Below, piece by piece: positions 44,277 through 54,317 of a DNA stretch of 64,000 nt. Made by a program: the position numbers and the translations under genes. Position 1 is the stretch's first letter. Each line of letters opens with the position of its first letter. Source of the DNA: Candidatus Latescibacterota bacterium. GTDB taxonomy: Bacteria > Latescibacterota > UBA2968 > UBA8231. Under the pieces are notes generated by a model. That model was not told the DNA's origin. It was given only the letters and a program-made list of their open reading frames with translations, and did not search any database. The stretch lies in the NCBI GenBank assembly GCA_965208105.1, contig OZ242318.1, forward strand, positions 501,731 through 565,730, written 5' to 3'.

Positions 44277-44567
44277 ATGGCATCGAACATCGAAGAGCTG
44301 ACCATCCACTACGAGGAGGAGGGCCAGGTCCTGCGCAAGGAACTGGCCAAGGAAGTCCTGAGCAAAGGCTCCTGGACCACCATCATGTTCCTCTACCAGG
44401 ATCTCAATCGCAGAAGCGGGGAATACGGCCCGTGCAAAATCTCCATCCGCCGCTATCAGAAGCGCGAAGGAACCTATCTGCCGCGAAGCAAATTCGAGAT
44501 CTCGAGCGCCAACCAGGCCAGGGCGATAAGCGCCAAGATTGCGGACTGGTTCCCGGGCCAGGAGTGA
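44277..44567 (+). CDS. small hypothetical protein
   Basis: 96-aa ORF with balanced composition and a GGGGGAGAAAAA purine-rich tract before the ATG. No recognisable motif. Confidence 0.5.
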   Translation: MASNIEELTIHYEEEGQVLRKELAKEVLSKGSWTTIMFLYQDLNRRSGEYGPCKISIRRYQKREGTYLPRSKFEISSANQARAISAKIADWFPGQE

Positions 44568-44680
44568 TCTTTCGGGGCCATCTCTCCCTCATCGCAATTC
44601 TTCCCTTCCCCTTCCCGCGCCGCAGAGCTGCGAAGGTCGGCACGGGGAACCGCTCACTTCCAGCCGGCAAAGACCAAAGG

Positions 44681-45820
44681 CTAAGTGGCGGAAGCACTCT
44701 CAACGTCCACGGGCACCCGATGCCATCCCGTGCGCCCGTCGTAGAGATCCACCCCCTCGTCCTCCATTGGCTGAGTTCCCCCCTGGTCGTCCATTGCCCG
44801 CGCCACAATTTCGTAGCGCCCGCTTGCCGGCAGCGGCCAGCGGTAACTCCAGGTCAGCCATTGATTCGGCAGCGATTGGGTCATGAGTTGCGCCTCCTCC
44901 CAGGACGCCCCGCCGTCGGCGCTCACCTCCACCATTTCCACCCGGCGCTCGCCGGCCATGGCGATTCCGTGAATCAGGAACTCCTCGCCCAACTCGCCCC
45001 GAACGGTCTGCAACTCCACCGTGACACCTCCATTGGCAGGATCCACTACGTCGTCCCATAGAGATGTGGGGGAGTCGACCCGGGAGTTCACCGTTGCAAT
45101 GGCGTCGTCGGACCACTTGAATGGCTTGTTCTTGGGAAGGCTCTCCCAATGGCCCAGGTGGACGAAGTCGATCAGTTCAATATGAGTGATCCACTTGGGC
45201 ATTTTCTGCCCGTAGTGCCCGGGGTTGATCAAGCGCACCGGGAACCCGTGCTTGGATGGCAGCACCTTACCGTTCATCTCCCACACCAGCAGGACCTCGT
45301 CGCGCAGGGCCCTTTCCAGGGGTACCGAAGTATGGTAGCCGTCGACGCTGGTGAACCGCACCCGGATGGCCTCACCGCGCACGCCGACCATGTCCATCAG
45401 GTTGTTGAACGGGGTTCCTCCCCACTCAGCGTTGCCAACCAGGGGCCCCCCTATCCAGTTTCCGATGCACTGCATGGTCAGGACCTGGCGCTGCAGCGGC
45501 ATTGCCACAATCTCTTCATAGGCCATGGCGCGGACGGGATTGTCCACAAGTCCGTCGATTCTCAATCGCCAGCGCTCGACGTTGACCTTGGGATCGTAGT
45601 TCTTGCCGTTGATCGACTGCAGGTAAAACCGTTCGTTCGGCGTGATCGGCGGCAGCGGCAACTCTCCGGCAGGCGTCCCGGGAGGCACCGCCGGTTCCGG
45701 TCCCATGGGGATGCGGCGGAACTTCACTTCGTGGCTCTCGCACCCCAGGCCCGGCACAATGGCGGCTATTGTCACCAGGCCGCCGGCTTTCAAAAAGTTG
45801 CGTCTGTCCTGCTTTTTCAT
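44681..45820 (-). CDS. molybdopterin-dependent oxidoreductase, sulfite-oxidase family, Tat-exported
   Basis: Tat-like MKKQDRRNFLKAGGLVTIAAI. Mo-ligand Cys context LTMQCIGNWIGG. C-terminal Ig-like dimerisation-type domain. Confidence 0.75.
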   Translation of the reverse strand: MKKQDRRNFLKAGGLVTIAAIVPGLGCESHEVKFRRIPMGPEPAVPPGTPAGELPLPPITPNERFYLQSINGKNYDPKVNVERWRLRIDGLVDNPVRAMAYEEIVAMPLQRQVLTMQCIGNWIGGPLVGNAEWGGTPFNNLMDMVGVRGEAIRVRFTSVDGYHTSVPLERALRDEVLLVWEMNGKVLPSKHGFPVRLINPGHYGQKMPKWITHIELIDFVHLGHWESLPKNKPFKWSDDAIATVNSRVDSPTSLWDDVVDPANGGVTVELQTVRGELGEEFLIHGIAMAGERRVEMVEVSADGGASWEEAQLMTQSLPNQWLTWSYRWPLPASGRYEIVARAMDDQGGTQPMEDEGVDLYDGRTGWHRVPVDVESASAT

Positions 45821-45840
45821 GGTTGAAAACCTTTCTCTTC

Positions 45841-46689
45841 TCACCGATAGCTGTAGGAGACCCCGATGCCCCAGGATTTACCCGCGCCGATATTCTCCCC
45901 GGCAACGAGGCTTTCCCACAAAACTTCCACCCATACCGGACCCCCTGCGTGCAAGGCGACGTTTACCCCGGCCTTGGTATAATCTCCCTCGGAAACCTGG
46001 ACCGAAGCTCCCACAACACCGGCGCTTTCTTCCTCGGCGGCAGTCAAGGTGTTCTTGCCATCCAGGTAGGCCTTGGCGAACACCCTGGGGTGCGGCGTCG
46101 CCCCCACCTCGAGGAAATAGGGGACCTGGTTGGAGTATGGCCCGCCGCGCAGGCGCAAACCACTCTCGGCGCCAATGTATAGAGGCCAGGGATAGAGTGA
46201 GCGCGCCGCAAGCATTCTGAACTCCAGGTCCGCTTCACCAGTGCCCAGGGTAGGATCGCGCTTCTGGTCGTATCCGGTGGGAAGCTTGAAGCTCATCATG
46301 GGAGCGAGCACGATCGGGTCGTCCACCAGTTGGTACCTGCCACCCAGGTCGACATCGCCCGTACCCCTGGTCCTTCGCCACTTCACCACCAGGGTGTCCT
46401 GGAAGACCAGCTCGCCCGCGTTCATCTGGGCGACGAGGGTAAGCCTGTCCAGCAGGCCGTATTCCAGATAGAAGAATCCCTGCCGCGATTCGAACCTGTC
46501 CTCGTCCGTTCCCAATGGGTCCCGCTTTCCCATGTCATTGTAGACCTCATCGGAAGAGTAGAAGATCCCCGAAAACTTGGCGTAGTAGCTGCCCTTTGCC
46601 TGACTCCAGGCACCAGCCCAGGCCGGAGAGCCAACTCCCATGGGAAGAGAGAGAAAAATGGCCAGGGTGAGGAGCCAACGGCAACTCAT
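45841..46689 (-). CDS. outer-membrane beta-barrel protein (MetA-pathway/transporter-like family?)
   Basis: Start ATG (rc of 46687-46689) overlaps the upstream stop (ATGA). Signal peptide MSCRWLLTLAIFLSLPMGVGSPAWA. Alternating hydrophobic pattern to the C-terminus GIGVSYSYR. Confidence 0.6.
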   Translation of the reverse strand: MSCRWLLTLAIFLSLPMGVGSPAWAGAWSQAKGSYYAKFSGIFYSSDEVYNDMGKRDPLGTDEDRFESRQGFFYLEYGLLDRLTLVAQMNAGELVFQDTLVVKWRRTRGTGDVDLGGRYQLVDDPIVLAPMMSFKLPTGYDQKRDPTLGTGEADLEFRMLAARSLYPWPLYIGAESGLRLRGGPYSNQVPYFLEVGATPHPRVFAKAYLDGKNTLTAAEEESAGVVGASVQVSEGDYTKAGVNVALHAGGPVWVEVLWESLVAGENIGAGKSWGIGVSYSYR

Positions 46690-47864
46690 TTTCCCTTCCT
46701 TTCCGGCGTGAAAACCCGATCGTAAAGGGCCAGGAGCTTTTGGGCTTCTCCCGCCCAGTTGAATCTGTCTTCGACCATGATCTGCCCTCGTTCCCCCTTT
46801 TCCCGGGCAACGGCGGGATGGTCGAGCAGGAACCCGATGGCCCTGGCGTGAGCCCTTGCATCCGCAGGTTCGACCAGAATGCCCCAATCCGCCTCGGCGT
46901 GAAAGGCGCGGATGGATGGCAGCGCGCTGGCAACCACCGGAATTCCACAGGCAAGGTATTCAAAAAGCTTGGTGGGGACAAACGGCCGGAGATTCTTGAG
47001 GGATACCTGGCCCGGGATCAAGCCCACCCTGCTCTCGCGAATGAGTTCCCCCAACTGTTCGTATGGCACCGGCTCCGACCGGCACACAACCCGTTCCTCA
47101 AGCCCGTACTCCTCCAGCTTCTGCAAGAACAATTTCTCGATGTTGGCAGAGTGAAACTTTCCCTGACTCAGCAGCCGTACGGCGGGATGGGTCTGCCCCA
47201 GGACCCGCATGATCTCGAGCAGAAAGATGCCTCCGCGTTCGGTAGAGAGCGAGCCCACGTGGACGAGTTCGCAGCCCATGCCGGAAGCCGATCTGCCATT
47301 GCCCGCGAACAGTTCCATGCGGGGATAGTTCTTCACGGCGGCGAAGGGACGGCGTTCGAATCGGCTTCCCTGCTCTTCCACCACCCCTACCACGGCACTG
47401 AGGCAGCGGGAAAGCCACTGCTCTCCGGCATCAACCAAAACGGACAACGGACGTCTCAACCCGTCCGGGACCCATGGCCGCACATGAGCCACTTGCGGAA
47501 AATGCTCGTGGACGTCGTAGATCACCTTCTTGCCCCTCAACCACAAGACCACTCCAAGAAGCAGAAGTTCCGCATCGTGAAAATGGTATATGTCCGCATT
47601 GGCTCTCAAGCTCCTTTTCAATAGCCGAACGATGTTCAACAGCCGCTGGCTCAGGGATCTGGCGCGCGGAATTGTCTCGATGCGCACCCCTCCTCTCTCA
47701 CCCGCCAGCTCGGGGGCGCCCGGTCCGATGATGGTCACTTCGTAGCCTGCCTCGGCCAGGCTCATAGCCTGCTTGTAGTAGATCCTCGGATCGAGAGGGC
47801 TGTGGACATTGGTCAACTTGCAAACCCTAAGTCCCAAAAAGCACCTCCCTGCTCGCGTCACCAC
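46686..47864 (-). CDS. glycosyltransferase, GT4 (GT-B fold)
   Basis: NVHSPLDPRIYYKQAMSLAEAGYEV, FHDAELLLLGVVLWLRGKKVIYDVHEHF, EYLACGIPVVAS. The exact start is uncertain. Confidence 0.75.
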   Translation of the reverse strand: MVTRAGRCFLGLRVCKLTNVHSPLDPRIYYKQAMSLAEAGYEVTIIGPGAPELAGERGGVRIETIPRARSLSQRLLNIVRLLKRSLRANADIYHFHDAELLLLGVVLWLRGKKVIYDVHEHFPQVAHVRPWVPDGLRRPLSVLVDAGEQWLSRCLSAVVGVVEEQGSRFERRPFAAVKNYPRMELFAGNGRSASGMGCELVHVGSLSTERGGIFLLEIMRVLGQTHPAVRLLSQGKFHSANIEKLFLQKLEEYGLEERVVCRSEPVPYEQLGELIRESRVGLIPGQVSLKNLRPFVPTKLFEYLACGIPVVASALPSIRAFHAEADWGILVEPADARAHARAIGFLLDHPAVAREKGERGQIMVEDRFNWAGEAQKLLALYDRVFTPERKGK

Positions 47865-48531
47865 AATTGAGCAACAGATCCAGCACGCTCATATTCGCCT
47901 CGAACCCGGGAAAGCACTGTGCATATTCAGGATGCCTGAAAGCGGTGAACCGGCATTCGATCCCAGCCTCGTGAAAATATCGTTCATCGAGATAATCACG
48001 GGAGCCGCCGTCGCCCGAAAGATAGACATCGCAACCGCAAACGGCTGCCATGTCGATCAGCCGCAGATTGCGCTCAGGTCTGAGGTCCAGCTCCGAACCC
48101 ATGCAAATCTTCACTTCGATTCCCATTCGGCGCATGAGGTAGCGGATCATCTCCAGGTTGACGTCTACCAGACGGCGCCAGGTGTGGCGGTAGAAGCACT
48201 CGAGAAATTCGGCGTGATCCTCGAAAAAGGAGGCATTGCGGTAGTTCCAGCGCAAGGCCTCCCAGTGTTTGCGCTGCCAGGTGCTGGCAGGATCGATCTC
48301 CACCTCGCAGATGCGCTGCAGACCCCTTCCCCGGGTGAGAACTGGAACCGTCAACCACTGCCAGCCTTCCAGGGTGCGAATGCGGTTGCGATTGGTCAAG
48401 CCGTGGCGCGAGTACTGCACGTCGTCGGCGATCACCCATACGTCGGCCTGCCCGATTTTGTGGAACATGCCCAACCAGGGGAGGTAGTTGGGCTGGTGCG
48501 CCGCCAGCACCCGGCTCACGACAGTACCCAT
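47827..48531 (-). CDS. WbqC-family protein
   Basis: VLAAHQPNYLPWLGMFHKIGQADVWVIADDVQYSRHGLTNRNRIRT is the WbqC N-terminal signature as I recall it. Start taken at MGTVVSRV (48531), overlapping the upstream gene by 16 nt. Confidence 0.7.
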   Translation of the reverse strand: MGTVVSRVLAAHQPNYLPWLGMFHKIGQADVWVIADDVQYSRHGLTNRNRIRTLEGWQWLTVPVLTRGRGLQRICEVEIDPASTWQRKHWEALRWNYRNASFFEDHAEFLECFYRHTWRRLVDVNLEMIRYLMRRMGIEVKICMGSELDLRPERNLRLIDMAAVCGCDVYLSGDGGSRDYLDERYFHEAGIECRFTAFRHPEYAQCFPGFEANMSVLDLLLNCGDASREVLFGT

Positions 48532-49145
48532 CGCAGAACATCGAAGGCCTCGGCGTAGTCCACCGAGATCTGGCCGCCGCGGCTCCGCGCCCAGCTCCAG
48601 ATGAAATCCTCCTTGCTGTAGGGCCGTTGCTGCTGGGACCTGTAGCACTTGAGGGCTTCGATCTTGGTGCGCACGTGATCTTCGCGCAGCACGACGAAAT
48701 GCCGGTAGTCGAAGCTCAGGTTGTTCCAGGGAAGTTCGTATCCCAGGACTGTGACCATCTTGAAGGCCCTCAGGCCTTCCATGTAGACCGTCTGGTGGTC
48801 CTGGTGCAGATCCTGGCTGCTGGGCAGAAAGACCACCGCCGGATCTATCTCCTTTTTGAGGCGCACCAACTCCTCGAGAATCTCCTGGCGCACGTGAGGA
48901 AGATGGCGGACTGCGTATTTGTAGACCAGGAGATTCTCTGGAGGGATCCCCAGAATACGGGTACCCGCCCTGACCTCCCGCTCGAGAATGTCAGGGGGAA
49001 ACTGTTCGGGCACGGACTCCTCGGCGGTGGAGAAAGCCACGTAGAATACTTCCCTGCCCTCTTCGATAAAACGCCTTATGGTTCCGCCACAACCGAACTC
49101 GCCATCGTCCGTATGGGGCGCAAGGACAAGTATCCTGTGGTTCAT
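48516..49145 (-). CDS. PIG-L/LmbE-family deacetylase
   Basis: ILVLAPHTDDGEFGCGGTIRRF (PHxDD motif). HQDH further on. Confidence 0.8.
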   Translation of the reverse strand: MNHRILVLAPHTDDGEFGCGGTIRRFIEEGREVFYVAFSTAEESVPEQFPPDILEREVRAGTRILGIPPENLLVYKYAVRHLPHVRQEILEELVRLKKEIDPAVVFLPSSQDLHQDHQTVYMEGLRAFKMVTVLGYELPWNNLSFDYRHFVVLREDHVRTKIEALKCYRSQQQRPYSKEDFIWSWARSRGGQISVDYAEAFDVLRWVLS

Positions 49146-49378
49146 CGAAGTTCCTCGAACTGCACTCGAAGAAAATGGCTGACGCCGCTTTGCGGACCTC
49201 CCGCCTCGCTCCTGTATCCCCGGATACGGCTACTCACAGAGCTAAAAAATATGCAGCCTGTCCATTGAGGCAAAAGAGGCGCCTCCCGCAGGATGGAGCC
49301 CGGCGGACTCACAGGGTCTCGTCCTCGGTCGAATCTATTCTCCCGTCCATGGCATCGGGGAGGCCCCGCCGCCGCAGG

Positions 49379-50254
49379 TCATGGGGATTCATCCAGGAGC
49401 CGTCGCAGATAGGCGCAGTAGGGATTCTCGTCTGAATGAGCCGCCACTTCGAGAACTTGATCGCGGGTGATGTAGCCTTTTCTGAAGGCGATCTCTTCCA
49501 GACAGGCGATCTTGAGGCCCTGGCGGTGCTCGATGGTCTGGACGAAATTGCTGGCCTCCAGCAGGCTTTCGTGGGTACCTGTATCGAACCAGGCAAATCC
49601 TCGGCCCAGCACCTGTGCCCGCAGCTGCCGGCGATCGAGATAGACATTGTTGAGATCGGTGATTTCAAGCTGACCCCGGGCCGACGGCCTCAGCGACCTG
49701 GCAATCTCCACCACCTGCTCGTCGTAGAAATAGAGCCCCGTCTGGGCGTAGCTGGACCTCGGACTGCGCGGCTTCTCCTCGATGCTGAGGACATCCAAGT
49801 CCCCGTCGAACTCCACCACTCCATAACGTTCGGGATCGCGAACCTTGTAGGCAAATACCAGGCCCCCCTGCCTAAGCTTTCCCGCCTCTTCCATGATCTC
49901 CGTGAGCCCGTGCCCGTAGAACAGGTTGTCGCCGAAAATCAAAGCGCAGGGCCCGCCCTTGACGAAGTCGGCGCCGATGAGAATGGCCTGCGCCACGCCG
50001 CCGTCGGCCTTTTCCTGGACGGTGTAGCTGCATTGCAGACCCAGCCGGCTGCCATCGCCGAAAAGCTGCTCGTACAAGCCGATGTGCTGTGGGGTCGAGA
50101 TGATCAGGTACTCCCTTATCCCCGCCAGCATGAGGACGGACAGGGGATAGTAGATCATGGGCTTGTCGAAAACCGGGATAATTTGTTTGGAAAGAGAAAT
50201 GGTCTGGGGGTACAGACGGGTGCCGAGACCTCCGGCGAGAATTATCCCCTTCAT
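49379..50254 (-). CDS. rfbA: glucose-1-phosphate thymidylyltransferase
   Basis: MKGIILAGGLGTRLYPQTISLSKQIIPVFDKPMIYYPLSVLMLAGIREYLIISTP is near-canonical RmlA. Confidence 0.9.
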   Translation of the reverse strand: MKGIILAGGLGTRLYPQTISLSKQIIPVFDKPMIYYPLSVLMLAGIREYLIISTPQHIGLYEQLFGDGSRLGLQCSYTVQEKADGGVAQAILIGADFVKGGPCALIFGDNLFYGHGLTEIMEEAGKLRQGGLVFAYKVRDPERYGVVEFDGDLDVLSIEEKPRSPRSSYAQTGLYFYDEQVVEIARSLRPSARGQLEITDLNNVYLDRRQLRAQVLGRGFAWFDTGTHESLLEASNFVQTIEHRQGLKIACLEEIAFRKGYITRDQVLEVAAHSDENPYCAYLRRLLDESP

Positions 50255-50321
50255 GAACACTACCTCATTCTATGGTTTGGGTGGCCCCAAATCCTGGACA
50301 CCGCCCGTGAAGGCGCACCGA

Positions 50322-51215
50322 TCAGCCGACAGTGCCGAATTTCGGGGTGGTGAAGCGCAGGTGGGTGTGGCCGCGCGCCAGGATATGCTGATAATTGGCC
50401 GCTCCATCCTTGAATGCTCCGTGTCCCCACGGGACCCAGGAGCGGGCGTTGCAATAGTGGTTCACGAATGCCCTGCGCCAGCGTTCACGGCTTCGGTTCG
50501 GATGCGAGCGGTGGAGGAGATGCGAATGAAAAAAGACCACGTCACCCGGGTCCACCACCACTGGCAGCGACGACTCGTACCTCTCTGCAACCCTCGACAG
50601 GGTGTTGACCCCGTCGTCCAGGTCACTGGCCTTCTCCACCGTATCCAGGTCCTCGAAGACTCCTTCCGCGTGAATCAGACTGCCGCGCTCGCGGTCCGGA
50701 TAAACGGGCTCGTGGTTGGATCCCGGCACCACCCACAGGCAACCAGTCTCCTCATCGGCCCTGTCCAGGGCCAGCCAGGCGCCCACCAGGGAATCGGGAT
50801 AGGTGGTGATGTAGAAGGAATCCTGGTGCCATCCCTGGCCTCCCATCCCTGGTCCGTTGAAGAATAGCATGGTCTGCAAAGCTAGGACGTCAGGCCCCAC
50901 CAGCGCCTCCACCACGTCCAGGATCCGGGGATGCAGCAAAAATCGCTCGCTCAACGGATCGCGCCGGTGCAGCATGTGAACCCTCGCAACCCTCCGGCGC
51001 AATTCCTCCAGGCTGGCTCCTGGTTCTGGCGGCTCCATCCCTTCCATTCGCACCCGGCCTTCCAGTAAATCCATGGCGTGGTCCTTCAGCTCACCCACCT
51101 CATCCTGCTCTACCAGAGCGGGAACCACGAGGAATCCATTTCTCTGGTATTCCCTGTACTGGCGCACCGCCACTTTGTAGCGGTCGATTCTCTCCCCTGC
51201 CACCGATTTGTACAT
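50322..51215 (-). CDS. phytanoyl-CoA dioxygenase (PhyH) family Fe(II)/2-oxoglutarate oxygenase
   Basis: GWHQDSFYITTYPDSLVGAWLALDRADEETGCLWVVPGSNH and FFHSHLLHRSHPNRS (His-x-Asp ... His pattern). Confidence 0.75.
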   Translation of the reverse strand: MYKSVAGERIDRYKVAVRQYREYQRNGFLVVPALVEQDEVGELKDHAMDLLEGRVRMEGMEPPEPGASLEELRRRVARVHMLHRRDPLSERFLLHPRILDVVEALVGPDVLALQTMLFFNGPGMGGQGWHQDSFYITTYPDSLVGAWLALDRADEETGCLWVVPGSNHEPVYPDRERGSLIHAEGVFEDLDTVEKASDLDDGVNTLSRVAERYESSLPVVVDPGDVVFFHSHLLHRSHPNRSRERWRRAFVNHYCNARSWVPWGHGAFKDGAANYQHILARGHTHLRFTTPKFGTVG

Positions 51216-51521
51216 CGGGTGTCCCCTGCCTTGCCTTGCGATTTCGACGGCGGCAATCCGGGCTGGAACCGGCGCCGGCGCCCAAGACGGTTTTTAATCT
51301 AAACAAAATTCTGCAGGGGTGGAGCCCGGACGGGCGCGGTTTGCCGGGATCTGACGTCATCCCATATATTCTTCACCCGCTGCCTGCGGTCCCTTAGGAA
51401 CTGCCCCCAGCCCCAATCACCATGTATGGAATCGGGATCGAAACAGCAACCCGCGGCAGCCGCATAGCCTGACAGATCCCGGCGCTAACCTTTCAGAGGC
51501 GAACCTCTCTACAGGGAAATA

Positions 51522-52589
51522 ATGTACTCATACCAGCGGCTCAAATCCTTTGCGCGATCGATTTTTTGCAAAATCGGCTGCCCTGAAAATGACGCGGAAT
51601 CGGCCGCTGATTCCCTGCTCGCGGCCGATCTGCGCGGCGTCGATTCTCATGGCGTCGCCCGCCTTTCGGGCTATGTGCGCCTTTGGGAAATCGGACGGAT
51701 CAACCCCAGGCCTGAAACTAAACTGGTTCACCAGACACCCAGCACCGCGGTAGTGGACGGAGACAGGGGGCTGGGCCTGGTGGTCGCACCTCGCGCCATG
51801 GAAATCGCCGTGGAAAAGGCCTCCGCCTGCGGCAGCGGCTGGGTTGCGGTGAGAAACGGCACCCATTTCGGTATTGCCGGCTACCATGCCATGATCGCCC
51901 TAAAAAACGACATGGTGGGTCTGGCCATGACCAATGCCACCCCGACTACCGCCCCCACTTTTTCCACCGAGAGACTGCTGGGAACCAATCCGATTGCCGT
52001 GGCAGTCCCCGCCGGCGACGAGCCTCCCTTCGTGGCTGACTTCGCGACCACCACGGCAGCACACGGCAAGCTTGAAATTCTCCAACGGCAGGGAGAGAGC
52101 GCCCCGCTTGGCTGGGTCCAGGACAGCAGGGGGCGTCCGACTGCCGATCCGCATGCTTTGCGGCACGGAGGCGCCTTGCTTCCGCTGGGCGGAGACCCCG
52201 AACACGGGAGCCACAAGGGTTTCTGTCTGGGGTCCACAGTCGACATCCTCTCGGCGGTTCTTTCCGGCGCCAACTATGGTCCCTGGGCGCCGGCATTCGG
52301 AGGCTTCCTGGCCACTGCAGAGGAGGAGGTGGGCGCGGGTCTGGGCCATTTTCTGGGAGCTCTGCGCATCGATGCCTTCAGGCCCGCGGGCGAGTTCAAA
52401 ACCCATATGGACGGTTGGATAAGGAGATTCAGGAGTTCGGCCACCGTTCAGGGCCAGGACCGGGTGGTGATTCCCGGAGACCCGGAAAGGGAATGCGAAA
52501 AGAAAAGAATCAAGGAGGGAATTCCCCTGGACCCGGAGGTGGAGCAGGATTTAAGGGAGTTGGCCGAGAAGTTCAAGGTCGAACTATAA
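51522..52589 (+). CDS. Ldh_2-family (malate/L-lactate dehydrogenase type 2) oxidoreductase
   Basis: LLAADLRGVDSHGVARLSGYVRLW, NGTHFGIAGYHA, GSHKGFCLG. Confidence 0.8.
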   Translation: MYSYQRLKSFARSIFCKIGCPENDAESAADSLLAADLRGVDSHGVARLSGYVRLWEIGRINPRPETKLVHQTPSTAVVDGDRGLGLVVAPRAMEIAVEKASACGSGWVAVRNGTHFGIAGYHAMIALKNDMVGLAMTNATPTTAPTFSTERLLGTNPIAVAVPAGDEPPFVADFATTTAAHGKLEILQRQGESAPLGWVQDSRGRPTADPHALRHGGALLPLGGDPEHGSHKGFCLGSTVDILSAVLSGANYGPWAPAFGGFLATAEEEVGAGLGHFLGALRIDAFRPAGEFKTHMDGWIRRFRSSATVQGQDRVVIPGDPERECEKKRIKEGIPLDPEVEQDLRELAEKFKVEL

Positions 52590-52725
52590 AGCACCAGGCG
52601 ACCCGGGTGGCGGTGGCACGAGCTCCGGACCTGTCAGTCCCCGTGTCCTCCCTCCCCACCGCGACGGCCGAATCGATCCTCGCAAAGATCACCATACTTT
52701 TTGAACTTATTCGTGGGACACAACA

Positions 52726-54288
52726 CTATACCTGGTAGGCGAACACCTTGGCGCGGAACATCCTGATCCGCATGCAGATGGTATCTCCCACGCTGGAGAT
52801 GTCGCTCCGTCCGTTCCAGGTCACGACCTTCTCGCTTTCGTCACCGAGGATCCAGTCACATTCCGCAAAAGTCAGGCCCGGCCTACCCTCTGCATCGGGG
52901 TATTTTCGCGACGGCACCGAATTCAGCACCTCCACCTTGATCCACCCTCCGTTCTCGCAGCGATAGTTCAGGCGCAGCTCGCTCCTGGTGCGCCTGAGGG
53001 TCGGAACCGTGAAACGCCCCTCGGTTGCAGCGGCGATGCCGCAGAACCGCAGCGGCTCCCAGCGCGCCCAGCGCATCTGCAGCGGTTCCCGGTCCATCGG
53101 CATGCCCGGATGGAACCCATTGTGCAGACTGGTGCCTCCGACAAACGGCACCGCCCAGAAACCGTCCGGCAGCTCCACAATCCCTCCCTGGGCATATACC
53201 GCGCCTTCGCATCCGCTTCCCGCCGCACCGACGGGTACCGCCGCCCGGCGCTCGGGGCGGTCCCAGATAAGGCCGTCGCGGCTGAATGCGATCTGGTTGT
53301 CCACGTGGCCGCTGATCTGATCGAAGACGTGCACCAGCATGCAGTGAATCCCCATGCTGCCAGGGAAGGGAAAGTAGAATCCACCGTAGAACGATACCTG
53401 GGGCCCGTCGTGGGCATCGGGATGGAGAACCAGCTTGGGCGGCGGCCAATCGCAGAAATCACGGGTGCGGGTAAAGCCTATGCAGCGCCGAGCCGAGTCC
53501 CGCTCCGGAGTACTGTGGGCAAGGGTCTGAAACTCGCCCTGCTCCAATCCATGCACCCGGACATAGGTAAAGTAGGTGCTGGTCTCCGGCTCGAAGGTGG
53601 GATTGCCTCCGGTCCCGTCGGAGGGCATGTTGGCGACGGGGCGCTCGATCGGGGTCCAGTGCATGGCGTCGGGGGAGGTATAACCGCGGACAAACGCCCG
53701 CATCACCATCCGTGGCCCCTTGTAGTCACTTCCCCCGAACTGCATCTCTCCCATGCGCTTCAGACCTTCTTCGCCCTCCAGCTCCTCCCCCGTGTCCGGG
53801 TCGAACATGCCTGCCACTTCCACCATTCCCTTGAAGCGCTCCCGGGGTGGAGCATGGGGGTCCTTCATCACGGGGCCGACGCACTGGTCGCAGATCAGGT
53901 TGTTCCTGGTCGAACCCCCGAACTCGATCCTGCCGATTTCTGGCAGAGTCCAGTCGTAGCCGTCCTCGCTTTGAGCGTAGGCGGTGCCACCGGTGTCGCG
54001 GTAGAGGATGCGGTAGAGGCCATCCTCCTTCCACGCGTACAGCGGCAGCAGTCCCCCCTGGCGATCGGATGTCTCGGCAAAGAGCACCGGTGAGACCTTC
54101 GCCTCCTCCACCTGCAGCCGAATTCCGGCCGGAGAATCGAAAAGCCCGAACTGGCCGTGGCGGTCCTTCCAGCGGTTTCCCGCATAAACGTCGAACCAGT
54201 CGATCAGGGGATGCCATTCTCCCGAGTTTTCCCTGGCCTCGCGCCCGAACGGCGCTCCCGGCAGCATAACTTTCTCTTTTTCGGTCAC
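52726..54288 (-). CDS. hypothetical protein, probable beta-propeller glycoside-hydrolase-like fold
   Basis: GTG 54288 with AGGAGA 5 nt upstream. 520 aa with balanced composition. Repeated W/D/G-rich strands (SEDGYDWTLPE, FSRDGLIWDRPE). The family is not identified. The track start at 54570 is an upstream extension. Confidence 0.55.
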   Translation of the reverse strand: MTEKEKVMLPGAPFGREARENSGEWHPLIDWFDVYAGNRWKDRHGQFGLFDSPAGIRLQVEEAKVSPVLFAETSDRQGGLLPLYAWKEDGLYRILYRDTGGTAYAQSEDGYDWTLPEIGRIEFGGSTRNNLICDQCVGPVMKDPHAPPRERFKGMVEVAGMFDPDTGEELEGEEGLKRMGEMQFGGSDYKGPRMVMRAFVRGYTSPDAMHWTPIERPVANMPSDGTGGNPTFEPETSTYFTYVRVHGLEQGEFQTLAHSTPERDSARRCIGFTRTRDFCDWPPPKLVLHPDAHDGPQVSFYGGFYFPFPGSMGIHCMLVHVFDQISGHVDNQIAFSRDGLIWDRPERRAAVPVGAAGSGCEGAVYAQGGIVELPDGFWAVPFVGGTSLHNGFHPGMPMDREPLQMRWARWEPLRFCGIAAATEGRFTVPTLRRTRSELRLNYRCENGGWIKVEVLNSVPSRKYPDAEGRPGLTFAECDWILGDESEKVVTWNGRSDISSVGDTICMRIRMFRAKVFAYQV

Positions 54289-54317
54289 GATTTCTCCTGG
54301 TTTCCGGGAAGCCGGTG